Source of the DNA: a virus
Direction: 5' to 3' (one strand)
Virus record (IMG/VR): IMGVR_UViG_3300045988_164286
Span: 1 to 32,024 of that record
Length of the DNA stretch: 32,024 bases
The position numbers and the translations under genes were made by a program. Under the pieces are notes generated by a model. The model was not told the origin of the DNA, ran no database searches, and worked only from the letters and a program-made list of their open reading frames with translations. Shown here in pieces: positions 1 to 6,949 of this stretch (positions are counted from its first letter, which is position 1; each line of letters opens with the position of its first letter).

Positions 1-55
1 TAATTCAACGTAAGGGTTAACGCCTATCGAAGTAGCTTCATCTTCTAAGACATGC
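1..55. repeat. Terminal direct repeat, copy 1 (identical to 31970..32024); most likely a circular-assembly overlap
   Basis: Bases 1-55 (taattcaacgtaagggttaacgcc...gacatgc) recur exactly at 31970-32024. A minus-strand ORF reads through the join without a stop. Confidence 0.9.
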
Positions 56-450
56 TTAATGCGCTGCGCAAGCGATTTGATTGTTACTGGCTTTTTGTGG
101 GCAATGTTGTTCGCAGGTTCTTTTGTATACACGGGTTCTGCGCCAGCTGCCAAAATAACCTCTGTGCTATTACCGCGCATCATGTATCCAGCGACTTCAT
201 ACTTTATATCGTCGCCGATATATACCGTATCACCTACTCGGATAACCTCACCGTCTTTATCAAGCGGTAGTCCAATCATGTTTGACGTATCACAAAGCTC
301 AACAATGCGGTCTAAGAGCTCCTCGTCATTTCTCCAGCTTTGAATGCCTAGAAGAACGTATGAAAATTGGTCCCAGCTAAGCTCTTCTCCTCCTTTCTTG
401 TATGCTTTGGCTCTATCTGCAATTCCTTGACGTTCCTGTCTGGTCAGCAT
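1..450 (-). CDS. Hypothetical early protein, N-terminal 150 codons; continues across the circular junction (165 aa in total)
   Basis: ATG at 450 preceded by GAAAGAGG. Hand translation gives MLTRQERQGIADRAKAYKKGG...GVNPYVEL, open to base 1, and continues in frame from 31969 to a TAG at 31922-31924. Confidence 0.6.
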   Translation of the reverse strand, partial: MLTRQERQGIADRAKAYKKGGEELSWDQFSYVLLGIQSWRNDEELLDRIVELCDTSNMIGLPLDKDGEVIRVGDTVYIGDDIKYEVAGYMMRGNSTEVILAAGAEPVYTKEPANNIAHKKPVTIKSLAQRIKHVLEDEATSIGVNPYVEL

Positions 451-634
451 TGCAAACCTCTTTCTCTTTGTCTTTGAGCCAGACGGCCAAAGCTCCAACA
501 AGTCCATATGCGATTAGGGCATATCTGAAAGCCATTAGGTATGCCACGTTATGCGGCTCAAAAATGCCCAGGCAGTCAGCTGTGAAGTAGACCAACAAGG
601 GCAGCAAAGCCACAAGAATTATTCTTTTGTTCAT
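413..634 (-). CDS. Small membrane protein (two hydrophobic segments)
   Basis: 73-aa ORF with an N-terminal hydrophobic stretch (IILVALLPLLVYF), a second one (LIAYGLVGALAVW) and an AAGGA RBS. It overlaps the next gene by 38 nt, so the C-terminus is uncertain. Confidence 0.45.
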   Translation of the reverse strand: MNKRIILVALLPLLVYFTADCLGIFEPHNVAYLMAFRYALIAYGLVGALAVWLKDKEKEVCNADQTGTSRNCR

Positions 635-637
635 GGG

Positions 638-823
638 TTATTCCTTAGAATGCAAGCCGTATAGGCTTAAGAGAATCCGTCTATTTATGAGCCATCGTTT
701 ACCGGCTTTCTTGGCATACACCTCCCCTCGAGCGCACATCTTGCGCATCGTGGAGACCGGGATGCCTAATAATTGAGAAGCCTGTTCAACGGTTATAAGC
801 TCAGTGTTTCGCAAGCTCTCCAT
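638..823 (-). CDS. Excisionase-like / MerR-type HTH DNA-binding protein
   Basis: 61 aa. The pattern LITVEQASQLLGIPVSTMRKMCARGEV..KKAGKRWLI is typical of the Xis/AlpA HTH_17 family. Confidence 0.6.
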   Translation of the reverse strand: MESLRNTELITVEQASQLLGIPVSTMRKMCARGEVYAKKAGKRWLINRRILLSLYGLHSKE

Positions 824-828
824 AAGAG

Positions 829-1689
829 CTAATCAGCAAGCGGAGTTGTACAGTAAGCGGTAACGCACCAGTCAAAGCCTTTCTGCGTCATCCTGGCATA
901 AGGCTCATTTGATTTGCCGTCTCGACGGGTGCTCATGATCTGTACGAACCTGCCTGTCTCAATTCCTCGCTTAGTAGGAGCGTTACTCCCCTGGCAAATC
1001 ATGCCATCAGCACGTAGAAGCGCAAAGAGACGTTTGCGGTTCATAAGCGGGTCGTACTGTGCGAGATAGCGTGCGGCATCTGTGATTGTCATCGTGCCTT
1101 TGACATTAATAACCGTGTCATAAACGCAAGCTTTTGGCGCAAGCTCATCAATTCTGACACCCTGCTCGATGATGGTTGTATCCTTCTCATAGAGCTGACG
1201 TTGTTGTTCTTTAAGCTGTGCGTCTTTGCGCTGAATGGCTTCATTAGCAACTAGGACCGCACGAGCTAAAAGCTCTTCATTACTCTCAGAGCCATCTGTG
1301 GCAATGTAACCGCCGCTTTGTCTAATTGCGGGAAGGACGTCATGTGTAACCCAGCGCTTAAAACGTTTGATGCGTTCAACTTTCGTCTCCCACGCAAGAA
1401 GCTGTTCGCGAGTGGCTTTGTTTGCTTTTGTCGGTTCAAACAAAAACAGCAAGTTATAAAACCCAGCCTCACTAATTAGCCTAACTTCCTGATTACCTCC
1501 AGGGGTGTACATATGCGTACCCCCCTTTTCATCTTCATCAAGACGCTGCATTGCACGGTTTCTATTTGTAATTTCCAAGAAATCGCATACGTCTTTAGCG
1601 ACAAACCAAGGCTCTCCATCAGATCCTTTAAGGGCTCTAAGTTCTCCAAATTCTTGAGAACTGAAAACTTGTATACTTGTATTGTCCAT
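829..1689 (-). CDS. Phage antirepressor (BRO-N domain plus KilAC/ANT-type C-terminal domain)
   Basis: N-terminus QVFSSQEFGELRAL..DGEPWFVAKDVCDFLEI.N.NRAMQRLDEDEKG is a classic BRO-N signature. 286 aa, AAGGAG RBS. Confidence 0.8.
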   Translation of the reverse strand: MDNTSIQVFSSQEFGELRALKGSDGEPWFVAKDVCDFLEITNRNRAMQRLDEDEKGGTHMYTPGGNQEVRLISEAGFYNLLFLFEPTKANKATREQLLAWETKVERIKRFKRWVTHDVLPAIRQSGGYIATDGSESNEELLARAVLVANEAIQRKDAQLKEQQRQLYEKDTTIIEQGVRIDELAPKACVYDTVINVKGTMTITDAARYLAQYDPLMNRKRLFALLRADGMICQGSNAPTKRGIETGRFVQIMSTRRDGKSNEPYARMTQKGFDWCVTAYCTTPLAD

Positions 1690-1910
1690 TTCAACTCCTT
1701 AAAGTTTTTGGACACGCTCTCCCACGTTGCCCCGTGAGGAGGGCACTTTTATCTTGTTAATAAATAAGGCCTGCAAAACAAAGAGCAAACACTGCAACAC
1801 ATAAACCAACGACGCTTGCCATCTTTGAGCAAGCAAAAATGCAGTAAACTGAAAATATAAGTGATAGAACAGACACCAAACACGAAAGCATACGGATTGG
1901 ATGTTTTCTA

Positions 1911-2294
1911 ATGGACAACTTAAGCTCCATACAAAAAGAAGCTATTAAAGTTGCTAAATCTTTAAGATTTCCCAAGGTTCACACACCCTTTGAAGATATT
2001 CCGAATATTGACGAGGTGTTAAAACAAAAACAGGACGACATGCAAGCCCTCGCTCAAGATCTATCTACATTTAGAGTTGCTGACACTGTTAAGCTAACCC
2101 CACTTGATGAGCAATTGAGAATTAACGAATTGCTGGATGTCTTAAAAGAACAAGCCCGTGTTTTAAATGCTCAAAATGAGGCATTTAAGGGATACGTAGA
2201 AGATGCAAGAAAAGAAACTTGGTTCTCACGACGTGTCTCAATCGCCTCTGTTGTTATTGCTCTAGTGTCTTTGCTTGTAGCGATTTTCAAGTAA
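1911..2294 (+). CDS. Coiled-coil protein with a C-terminal TM anchor (possible moron)
   Basis: 127-aa plus-strand ORF inside the minus-strand early operon. K/E/L/Q-rich body, terminal hydrophobic helix VSIASVVIALVSLLVAIF, AT-rich. The RBS is weak. Confidence 0.4.
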   Translation: MDNLSSIQKEAIKVAKSLRFPKVHTPFEDIPNIDEVLKQKQDDMQALAQDLSTFRVADTVKLTPLDEQLRINELLDVLKEQARVLNAQNEAFKGYVEDARKETWFSRRVSIASVVIALVSLLVAIFK

Positions 2295-2307
2295 GCGGCT
2301 GTTTTTT

Positions 2308-2562
2308 CTAATGGCATTTTGCCCATCTTTTAAAAGCTCCGCTTGCTTCTTGAGCTGTTTCAAAACTACCAAGAAACCACAGGTTCCCACCGTCTTCCAT
2401 AACGTAATATGCATCGTTAAAACAACTCTTTATAAGTGATGCTTTGTCAATGTGAGATATTGTGGTGTGTGGTGCTTTGGCTTTTTCTGGTTCGAGCTTA
2501 TTCTCGACTTTTGGCTCCCAATGATATGACCACGCTGAGCCAGTATTTTGCGGTATTGGCAT
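2308..2562 (-). CDS. Hypothetical early protein
   Basis: 84-aa ORF directly downstream of the Cro-like gene on the same strand. No motif recognised. Confidence 0.5.
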   Translation of the reverse strand: MPIPQNTGSAWSYHWEPKVENKLEPEKAKAPHTTISHIDKASLIKSCFNDAYYVMEDGGNLWFLGSFETAQEASGAFKRWAKCH

Positions 2563-2565
2563 TTA

Positions 2566-2781
2566 TTACTCCAGACATGCAAGCCACTTTGCAGAGACAT
2601 TTAGTGCATCAGCAAGTAGACGAATAGTTTTTAAGCTAGTTTTTTCGTCGTTTTCCTCTTTACTTGCTTTATAAATTGTCGACTCAGAGAGGTTGGTTCT
2701 TGTTGCGAGTTCACGAGCTGACACATTTTCTCTAGCCATTGCGATGCGAATACGAACAGCAATTGAATCCATCTGATCCAT
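2566..2781 (-). CDS. Cro-like XRE-family HTH regulator
   Basis: ATG at 2781 lies 5 nt after GGAGG (2787-2791). HTH ARELATRTNLSESTIYK. Divergent from the CI-like gene. The ORF-track start at 2793 is a TTG lying within/just upstream of the RBS (GGAGG 2787-2791). Confidence 0.75.
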   Translation of the reverse strand: MDQMDSIAVRIRIAMARENVSARELATRTNLSESTIYKASKEENDEKTSLKTIRLLADALNVSAKWLACLE

Positions 2782-2867
2782 GGTTGCCTCCAATCTATAA
2801 AACGTAGGGATAAAACAAATACTTGATTAATGCGATTTTCAAAGAACGACTAACTTTTATCTAGAAA

Positions 2868-2945
2868 CTTACGAAATCCGTAAGTTCTTCTTCATAATAG
2901 TTACGAAATTCGTAAATGTAAAGAAAATTTTTACGATATTTGTAT
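2868..2945. promoter_or_regulatory. Genetic-switch operator set: three related palindromes in the divergent promoter region
   Basis: O1 cTTACGAAATCCGTAAg at 2868-2884. O2 TTACGAAATTCGTAA at 2901-2915, a perfect palindrome. O3 TTACGATATTTGTAT at 2931-2945, degenerate. An extended -10 TGgTAAAAT at 2961-2969 serves the plus-strand gene. Confidence 0.65.
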
Positions 2946-2993
2946 ATTTTGTGTAGAAAGTGGTAAAATGCCTGCTAGATGAAAGGAGCACCA

Positions 2994-3293
2994 ATGGAAG
3001 AACTTAACCTTCAATTGAAGCAAATCCGTAAGATGCGCCGTATGTCCCAGGGAGACCTTGCTGAAGCTGTGGGAGTATCATCACGAGTAATTAGTGCTTG
3101 GGAACGTCAAGAAACTGAAATAACAATCAAACATGCAAAGAAAATATGTGAAGTTCTGGGCTGCACATTTGAAGAGCTAATCGGAGAAAAGCCATCACCA
3201 GAACAACTTGAAAACTCAAAGCAATTAGACGATCTATTTAACAAGCTTAAAGATGTGGATGCCGTAATCACTGAACTGCAGAAAAGAATTTAA
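2994..3293 (+). CDS. CI-like XRE-family repressor (HTH plus C-terminal helical tail)
   Basis: ATG at 2994 lies 5 nt after AGGAG (2984-2988). HTH MSQGDLAEAVGVSSRVISAWERQ. Divergent from the Cro-like gene. Confidence 0.75.
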   Translation: MEELNLQLKQIRKMRRMSQGDLAEAVGVSSRVISAWERQETEITIKHAKKICEVLGCTFEELIGEKPSPEQLENSKQLDDLFNKLKDVDAVITELQKRI

Positions 3294-3428
3294 GAAGATC
3301 TTGGCGGGCGTGAAGAAATAAGACATGTTTAATTCTCAAGGAACGCACGTTCCAATTTAGTGTTAACACCGGACAAAAACTTAGTCCGATATATAAAAGT
3401 TTGAAGGAATTGTGGAAGGGTTTGGGAA

Positions 3429-4346
3429 ATGGCTGTTTATGCTGAAAGGACTCTTGTTGTTTACAAATTTACGTTCAACAAGAGAAGGCACCCTGATGAA
3501 GTCTGTAGCATATACGATTTAGATGGGTCAGACATCCTTACGCACTTTTCAAAATTTCTCAATTCCAGAATCATTCCAAAATTAGAAAATGAAAACGTTA
3601 AAGTTTTTAAATTTCATAAGATTGAAATTGCTTCAGAAAAATATATTCTCGCGTCAATTGAATCTGGCCTCGCTGGCGAAGATCGTGTTATCTATGAGCC
3701 ATCTACTGATAAAAATGTAGGAAACATTAACGCCGAACAAGCGGCATTAGTCGGAACTCGCGTTTATCTATCTATTGAAAACACAGGTGATACATATGCA
3801 ATCCTTTGTGTTGAACATGCTTTATCATCTGCTGGAGACACCATTGTTCCACGAGAATTTGCAAACTACCTAAGACAAGCTGCTCCACATGTAACTATGA
3901 AATATGAAGCAGTTACAGAAAAAGAAGCGGAAGACACATTTAAATCTGTCGAGCAAATTTCTATCAAACACTACATCAAACAAAATGACATATCTGAAAG
4001 CCTAATTAAAGAAAGCGACTATGTCATGTTGACGTATGGACATAAAAAGAACAGACCATTTCCAACGAAGATAATCGACGCGATTAGATCTATTGACTCA
4101 AGAAGAAAAACATTGGTCGGATATGAGAAAAGTCTTTTTGACGACGAGGACGCTGTTGTTGAGGTCCAAATGAAAAATAACGTTGGACGAACAAAGAAGT
4201 TCAAGCTGAATGATGATTTTGATATGAGAATTGTAGAATTATTAAACTGCAATGGAGACAGACCTTTAAGCGATAAAGAATTTGTTAAAAGGTGCGCAGA
4301 AAAGGTGGAAGACATTTCAAATAGGTTAGGTCGCTCAATGTTGTAG
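3429..4346 (+). CDS. 305-aa soluble protein of unknown function; RexA-like by position and size only
   Basis: Clean ORF with a GGAAGGG RBS, downstream of the repressor on the same strand. AT-rich compared with the rest of the genome. No motif I can name. Confidence 0.7.
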   Translation: MAVYAERTLVVYKFTFNKRRHPDEVCSIYDLDGSDILTHFSKFLNSRIIPKLENENVKVFKFHKIEIASEKYILASIESGLAGEDRVIYEPSTDKNVGNINAEQAALVGTRVYLSIENTGDTYAILCVEHALSSAGDTIVPREFANYLRQAAPHVTMKYEAVTEKEAEDTFKSVEQISIKHYIKQNDISESLIKESDYVMLTYGHKKNRPFPTKIIDAIRSIDSRRKTLVGYEKSLFDDEDAVVEVQMKNNVGRTKKFKLNDDFDMRIVELLNCNGDRPLSDKEFVKRCAEKVEDISNRLGRSML

Positions 4347-4389
4347 AATAATAACAACAAAGAACGAATGTTCGACACAAGGAGGAGAA

Positions 4390-4920
4390 ATGAGCAAAAT
4401 TAGTTTATATTATGTGGTCAAAAACTATATTGCGTCGCTCCACCGAGGTCACGAAAAAAAGATATCTAAATCTGACGTTTTCCTTCAAATTATTACACCG
4501 CTTATCGTTGCTGTTGTAATCACCATCAATGCAAATAAGCTTCATGATTCTCTCAATGAATCTCTCCAGGGTCTCCTGACATGGGTATCAATTACCTCTT
4601 CATTAATTTTTGCCGTCGTTGTAATGGTTTACCAGCTCAGAATGCAATTAATCGCACAAAAGGAAATTAAACCTGAGGGAGATGAGCTAAGAGTAATCGA
4701 TGAGATTTTTTATTGTACTCTTTGGGCTGTCGTCGTGGGCTTCACTTCAGCGGCATTTATAGTTGTAAGACCTCTTGTATCAACATATAGCGCATTGATA
4801 GGGAATCTATTCGCGGGTTTAGCAATAGCCCTTTCATTAAATCTTGTTCTTGTAACTTGTATGACAATAAAACGAATTGGAATAACCTACGAAGTAATTT
4901 CAAAACGTTGGAACAAATAA
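4390..4920 (+). CDS. 176-aa integral membrane protein with four predicted TM helices; RexB-like by architecture
   Basis: Strong RBS AAGGAGG. Hydrophobic segments at about aa 30-48, 62-83, 105-126 and 136-160. A terminator follows immediately. Confidence 0.75.
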   Translation: MSKISLYYVVKNYIASLHRGHEKKISKSDVFLQIITPLIVAVVITINANKLHDSLNESLQGLLTWVSITSSLIFAVVVMVYQLRMQLIAQKEIKPEGDELRVIDEIFYCTLWAVVVGFTSAAFIVVRPLVSTYSALIGNLFAGLAIALSLNLVLVTCMTIKRIGITYEVISKRWNK

Positions 4921-4945
4921 GAGGAGCAATAAGCTCCTCTTTTTA
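4921..4945. terminator. Bidirectional intrinsic terminator between the convergent membrane-protein and integrase genes
   Basis: GAGGAGC-aataa-GCTCCTC followed by TTTTTAT. The reverse strand reads GAGGAGC-ttatt-GCTCCTC-ttatttg. Confidence 0.8.
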
Positions 4946-6064
4946 TATCGCGCGTCGCATCTGTAGAACTTCTGCGCCCTCTTTATTGACGTCGTTAAGA
5001 GCTTCTCCGATGATTTTCCCTGCCTTCTGAATCTGCTCTAGATCTGTATCTGCATAGCGCATCGTCATGTTAATATCGCTGTGGCCAAGAATGTCTTGTG
5101 CACTCTTGATATCCATGGTCCTGACTGCAATCGTTGCATAGGTGTGTCGCAGATCGTGAAAGACTGGTCGTCTCCCCTGCGTTCCAAGAAGCCCCCACTC
5201 TTCCGAGTGTCTCTTCCACCATGCCGTGACTCGCTCTGGCCTAAGGTATTCGCCTGAGAAGTCACCTAAAACGTACATCTCTTCATTAAACGCAATTCCC
5301 ATCAACATACAATCTTCAATGTATTTAGTGCGCCATTGCTTAAGAATGTCTACAAGTGGAGCTGGAACTGGGACCGTTCTGGTTTTCCCGTTCTTTAAGC
5401 CTTTCACATACGTCTTACCGCCGTCATAAGAAATGGCGCGACAGAGGTTCGCTGTGACGTCCTCCACCTTGAGCTTCACGTCCTTCCACTGAAGCCCGCA
5501 ACACTCCTCACGTCTCATGCCAGTAAAGTACGCTAAATACGTTGCAATAACCATTGGAGAAAGCTCGAGAGCAGCAAGCATAACTTGGAGCTTCCTACGT
5601 GAGGGTTCATCCAGAGGATTTGGCGGCGCAAGATGGCCCCTAGGGGCTTTAATTGACGCACAAGGGTCATACTGCAGATCTCTAATCGCTACAGCATGGC
5701 GTGTACATTGCCTCAAGCCATTGAAAGCCTTCTTGATGGTATTTGCTGAGTAGTTGGAGTCGTAAAGCCAGGACACATACATCTCAACATCTGTGATAGT
5801 AATGTCTTGTAAGCGTTTCTCGCCAAAGAAGAGATCTATGTAGCGAATACTATTCTTGTACGACGTATAAGTACGGCGCTCGATTTGCTGCGTGGCCACA
5901 AGGCTCTTAAAGTAATTGAGACAGTATGTGTACGCTGAGCAATCAAGTCTTGTTGCCTGGCTCTGTTCAACAATCTCAACAAACCCCGCATCCTTAACCC
6001 ATTTCTCAGCTTCAAGCATGGCGGTCTTTTTACCTCGACCAGTCTTATCAGATGGAGCACTCAA
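4943..6064 (-). CDS. int: Tyrosine recombinase / phage integrase (integrase 1)
   Basis: Catalytic signature TGMRREE ... HDLRHTYAT ... LGHSDINMTMRYAD. The start is uncertain: TTG at 6064 or ATG at 6019. Confidence 0.9.
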   Translation of the reverse strand: MSAPSDKTGRGKKTAMLEAEKWVKDAGFVEIVEQSQATRLDCSAYTYCLNYFKSLVATQQIERRTYTSYKNSIRYIDLFFGEKRLQDITITDVEMYVSWLYDSNYSANTIKKAFNGLRQCTRHAVAIRDLQYDPCASIKAPRGHLAPPNPLDEPSRRKLQVMLAALELSPMVIATYLAYFTGMRREECCGLQWKDVKLKVEDVTANLCRAISYDGGKTYVKGLKNGKTRTVPVPAPLVDILKQWRTKYIEDCMLMGIAFNEEMYVLGDFSGEYLRPERVTAWWKRHSEEWGLLGTQGRRPVFHDLRHTYATIAVRTMDIKSAQDILGHSDINMTMRYADTDLEQIQKAGKIIGEALNDVNKEGAEVLQMRRAI

Positions 6065-6138
6065 AGAATGATGCTTCTCATGGATAAGCCCATCTGCTCC
6101 ACGGTACCTTTGTTAAAATTTTTATCGGCTGCCTCCAT
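6061..6138 (-). CDS. Possible 25-aa leader ORF translationally coupled to integrase 1
   Basis: GGAGGcaaaATG gives MEAADKNFNKGTVEQMGLSMRSIIL*. Its TGA overlaps the integrase TTG start as TTGA. Confidence 0.25.
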   Translation of the reverse strand: MEAADKNFNKGTVEQMGLSMRSIIL

Positions 6139-6384
6139 TTTGCCTCCAAACTGTATGGCTACTGTAAAAATAGAATACCTGTTCGAATAAAAGTTTTAAC
6201 TATTTAGATAGGCGTTTACCTCGATATATTCAAATGAAGTGAATTGAGGAGCAATCGCTACTGTTAATCAGATTGAAACAATCCAGCAATTAAAGCGGTT
6301 AAATTCATCGTTACAAATGACCAGTTAAACGGCTTGTTGTAAGCCGTTTTAAGACGCGTAAAAATGAAAGTGGAGTATTTACCC

Positions 6385-6406
6385 ATAAAAAATACCCCTC
6401 CCGCCG
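6385..6406 (-). terminator. Distal half (3' arm plus U-tract) of the lysis-operon terminator split by the IS
   Basis: Read on the minus strand: GCGgGAGGGG followed by TATTTTTTAT. It pairs with 7864-7875 once the IS and one CCG copy are removed. Confidence 0.65.
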
Positions 6407-6451
6407 TGAACTGCCTCCCATTTCTTGGACATAAGAAATGGGAGGCTTTTT

Positions 6452-6949
6452 ATGCGTATGGATCGTAGAGTAAAGTACGATGTAGGGGTGAGGAGAAAGG
6501 TAGCAGAGCTCTTTGCTTCCGGTATGGGATCTTGTACGGTTGCAAGTACTCTTTCTGTTTCACTCTCAGCTGTAAAAACATGGCACTATATATACCACGC
6601 GTTTGGAAGCGAGGTGCTACTGACCATGGATGGCAAGCAAGCTCCCTATACCTACGAGCAAAAAGTTGCTGCAGCAAGAGCTGTCGTTGAGGGCGGCATG
6701 ACAAAGACTGAGGCAATGGCCAAGTTTAAGATTATGTCGCTGGCACCACTTAAGAGCTGGTGCAAGCTCTATCGTACAGGTGGCGCAGAGGCTCTTAAGC
6801 CAAAGCCAAAAGGAAGACCTAAAGGCTCTAAGTCCAAGCCACAGAAACGCACCCGCGAGCAGGAACTTGAGGAGAGGTGCCGCAGGCTCGAGACCGAGGT
6901 AGCCTACTTAAAAAAATTGCGCGCCCTGGTCGAGAAAGACGAGCTCTGA
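6452..6949 (+). CDS. IS3 OrfA (HTH/leucine-zipper transposase N-terminal protein)
   Basis: ATG at 6452 after GGGAGG. Basic HTH protein ending in a coiled coil (EVAYLKKLRALVEKDEL). Confidence 0.85.
   Translation: MRMDRRVKYDVGVRRKVAELFASGMGSCTVASTLSVSLSAVKTWHYIYHAFGSEVLLTMDGKQAPYTYEQKVAAARAVVEGGMTKTEAMAKFKIMSLAPLKSWCKLYRTGGAEALKPKPKGRPKGSKSKPQKRTREQELEERCRRLETEVAYLKKLRALVEKDEL

Noticed and set aside
1-55. The 55-bp end repeat as attL/attR or a physical direct terminal repeat
   Set aside because: A CDS reads straight through the join and there is no host flank. Its length matches a commonly used assembler k-mer setting, so an assembly overlap is more likely.
52-343. Two plus-strand ORFs (52..270, 59..343) at the window start
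   Set aside because: They are antisense shadows of the minus-strand gene 1..450, which has an RBS, a sensible composition and continues across the circular junction.
1757-1975. 72-aa Cys-rich hydrophobic minus-strand ORF
   Set aside because: It has no RBS at either candidate start and overlaps the better-looking plus-strand ORF 1911..2294. It is left unannotated.
6181-6188. GTTCGAAT, resembling a tRNA T-loop, as evidence for a tRNA-derived attP core
   Set aside because: No flanking acceptor or T-stem complementarity and no CCA-proximal context. It is probably chance in AT-rich DNA. No tRNA gene was recognised anywhere in the window.
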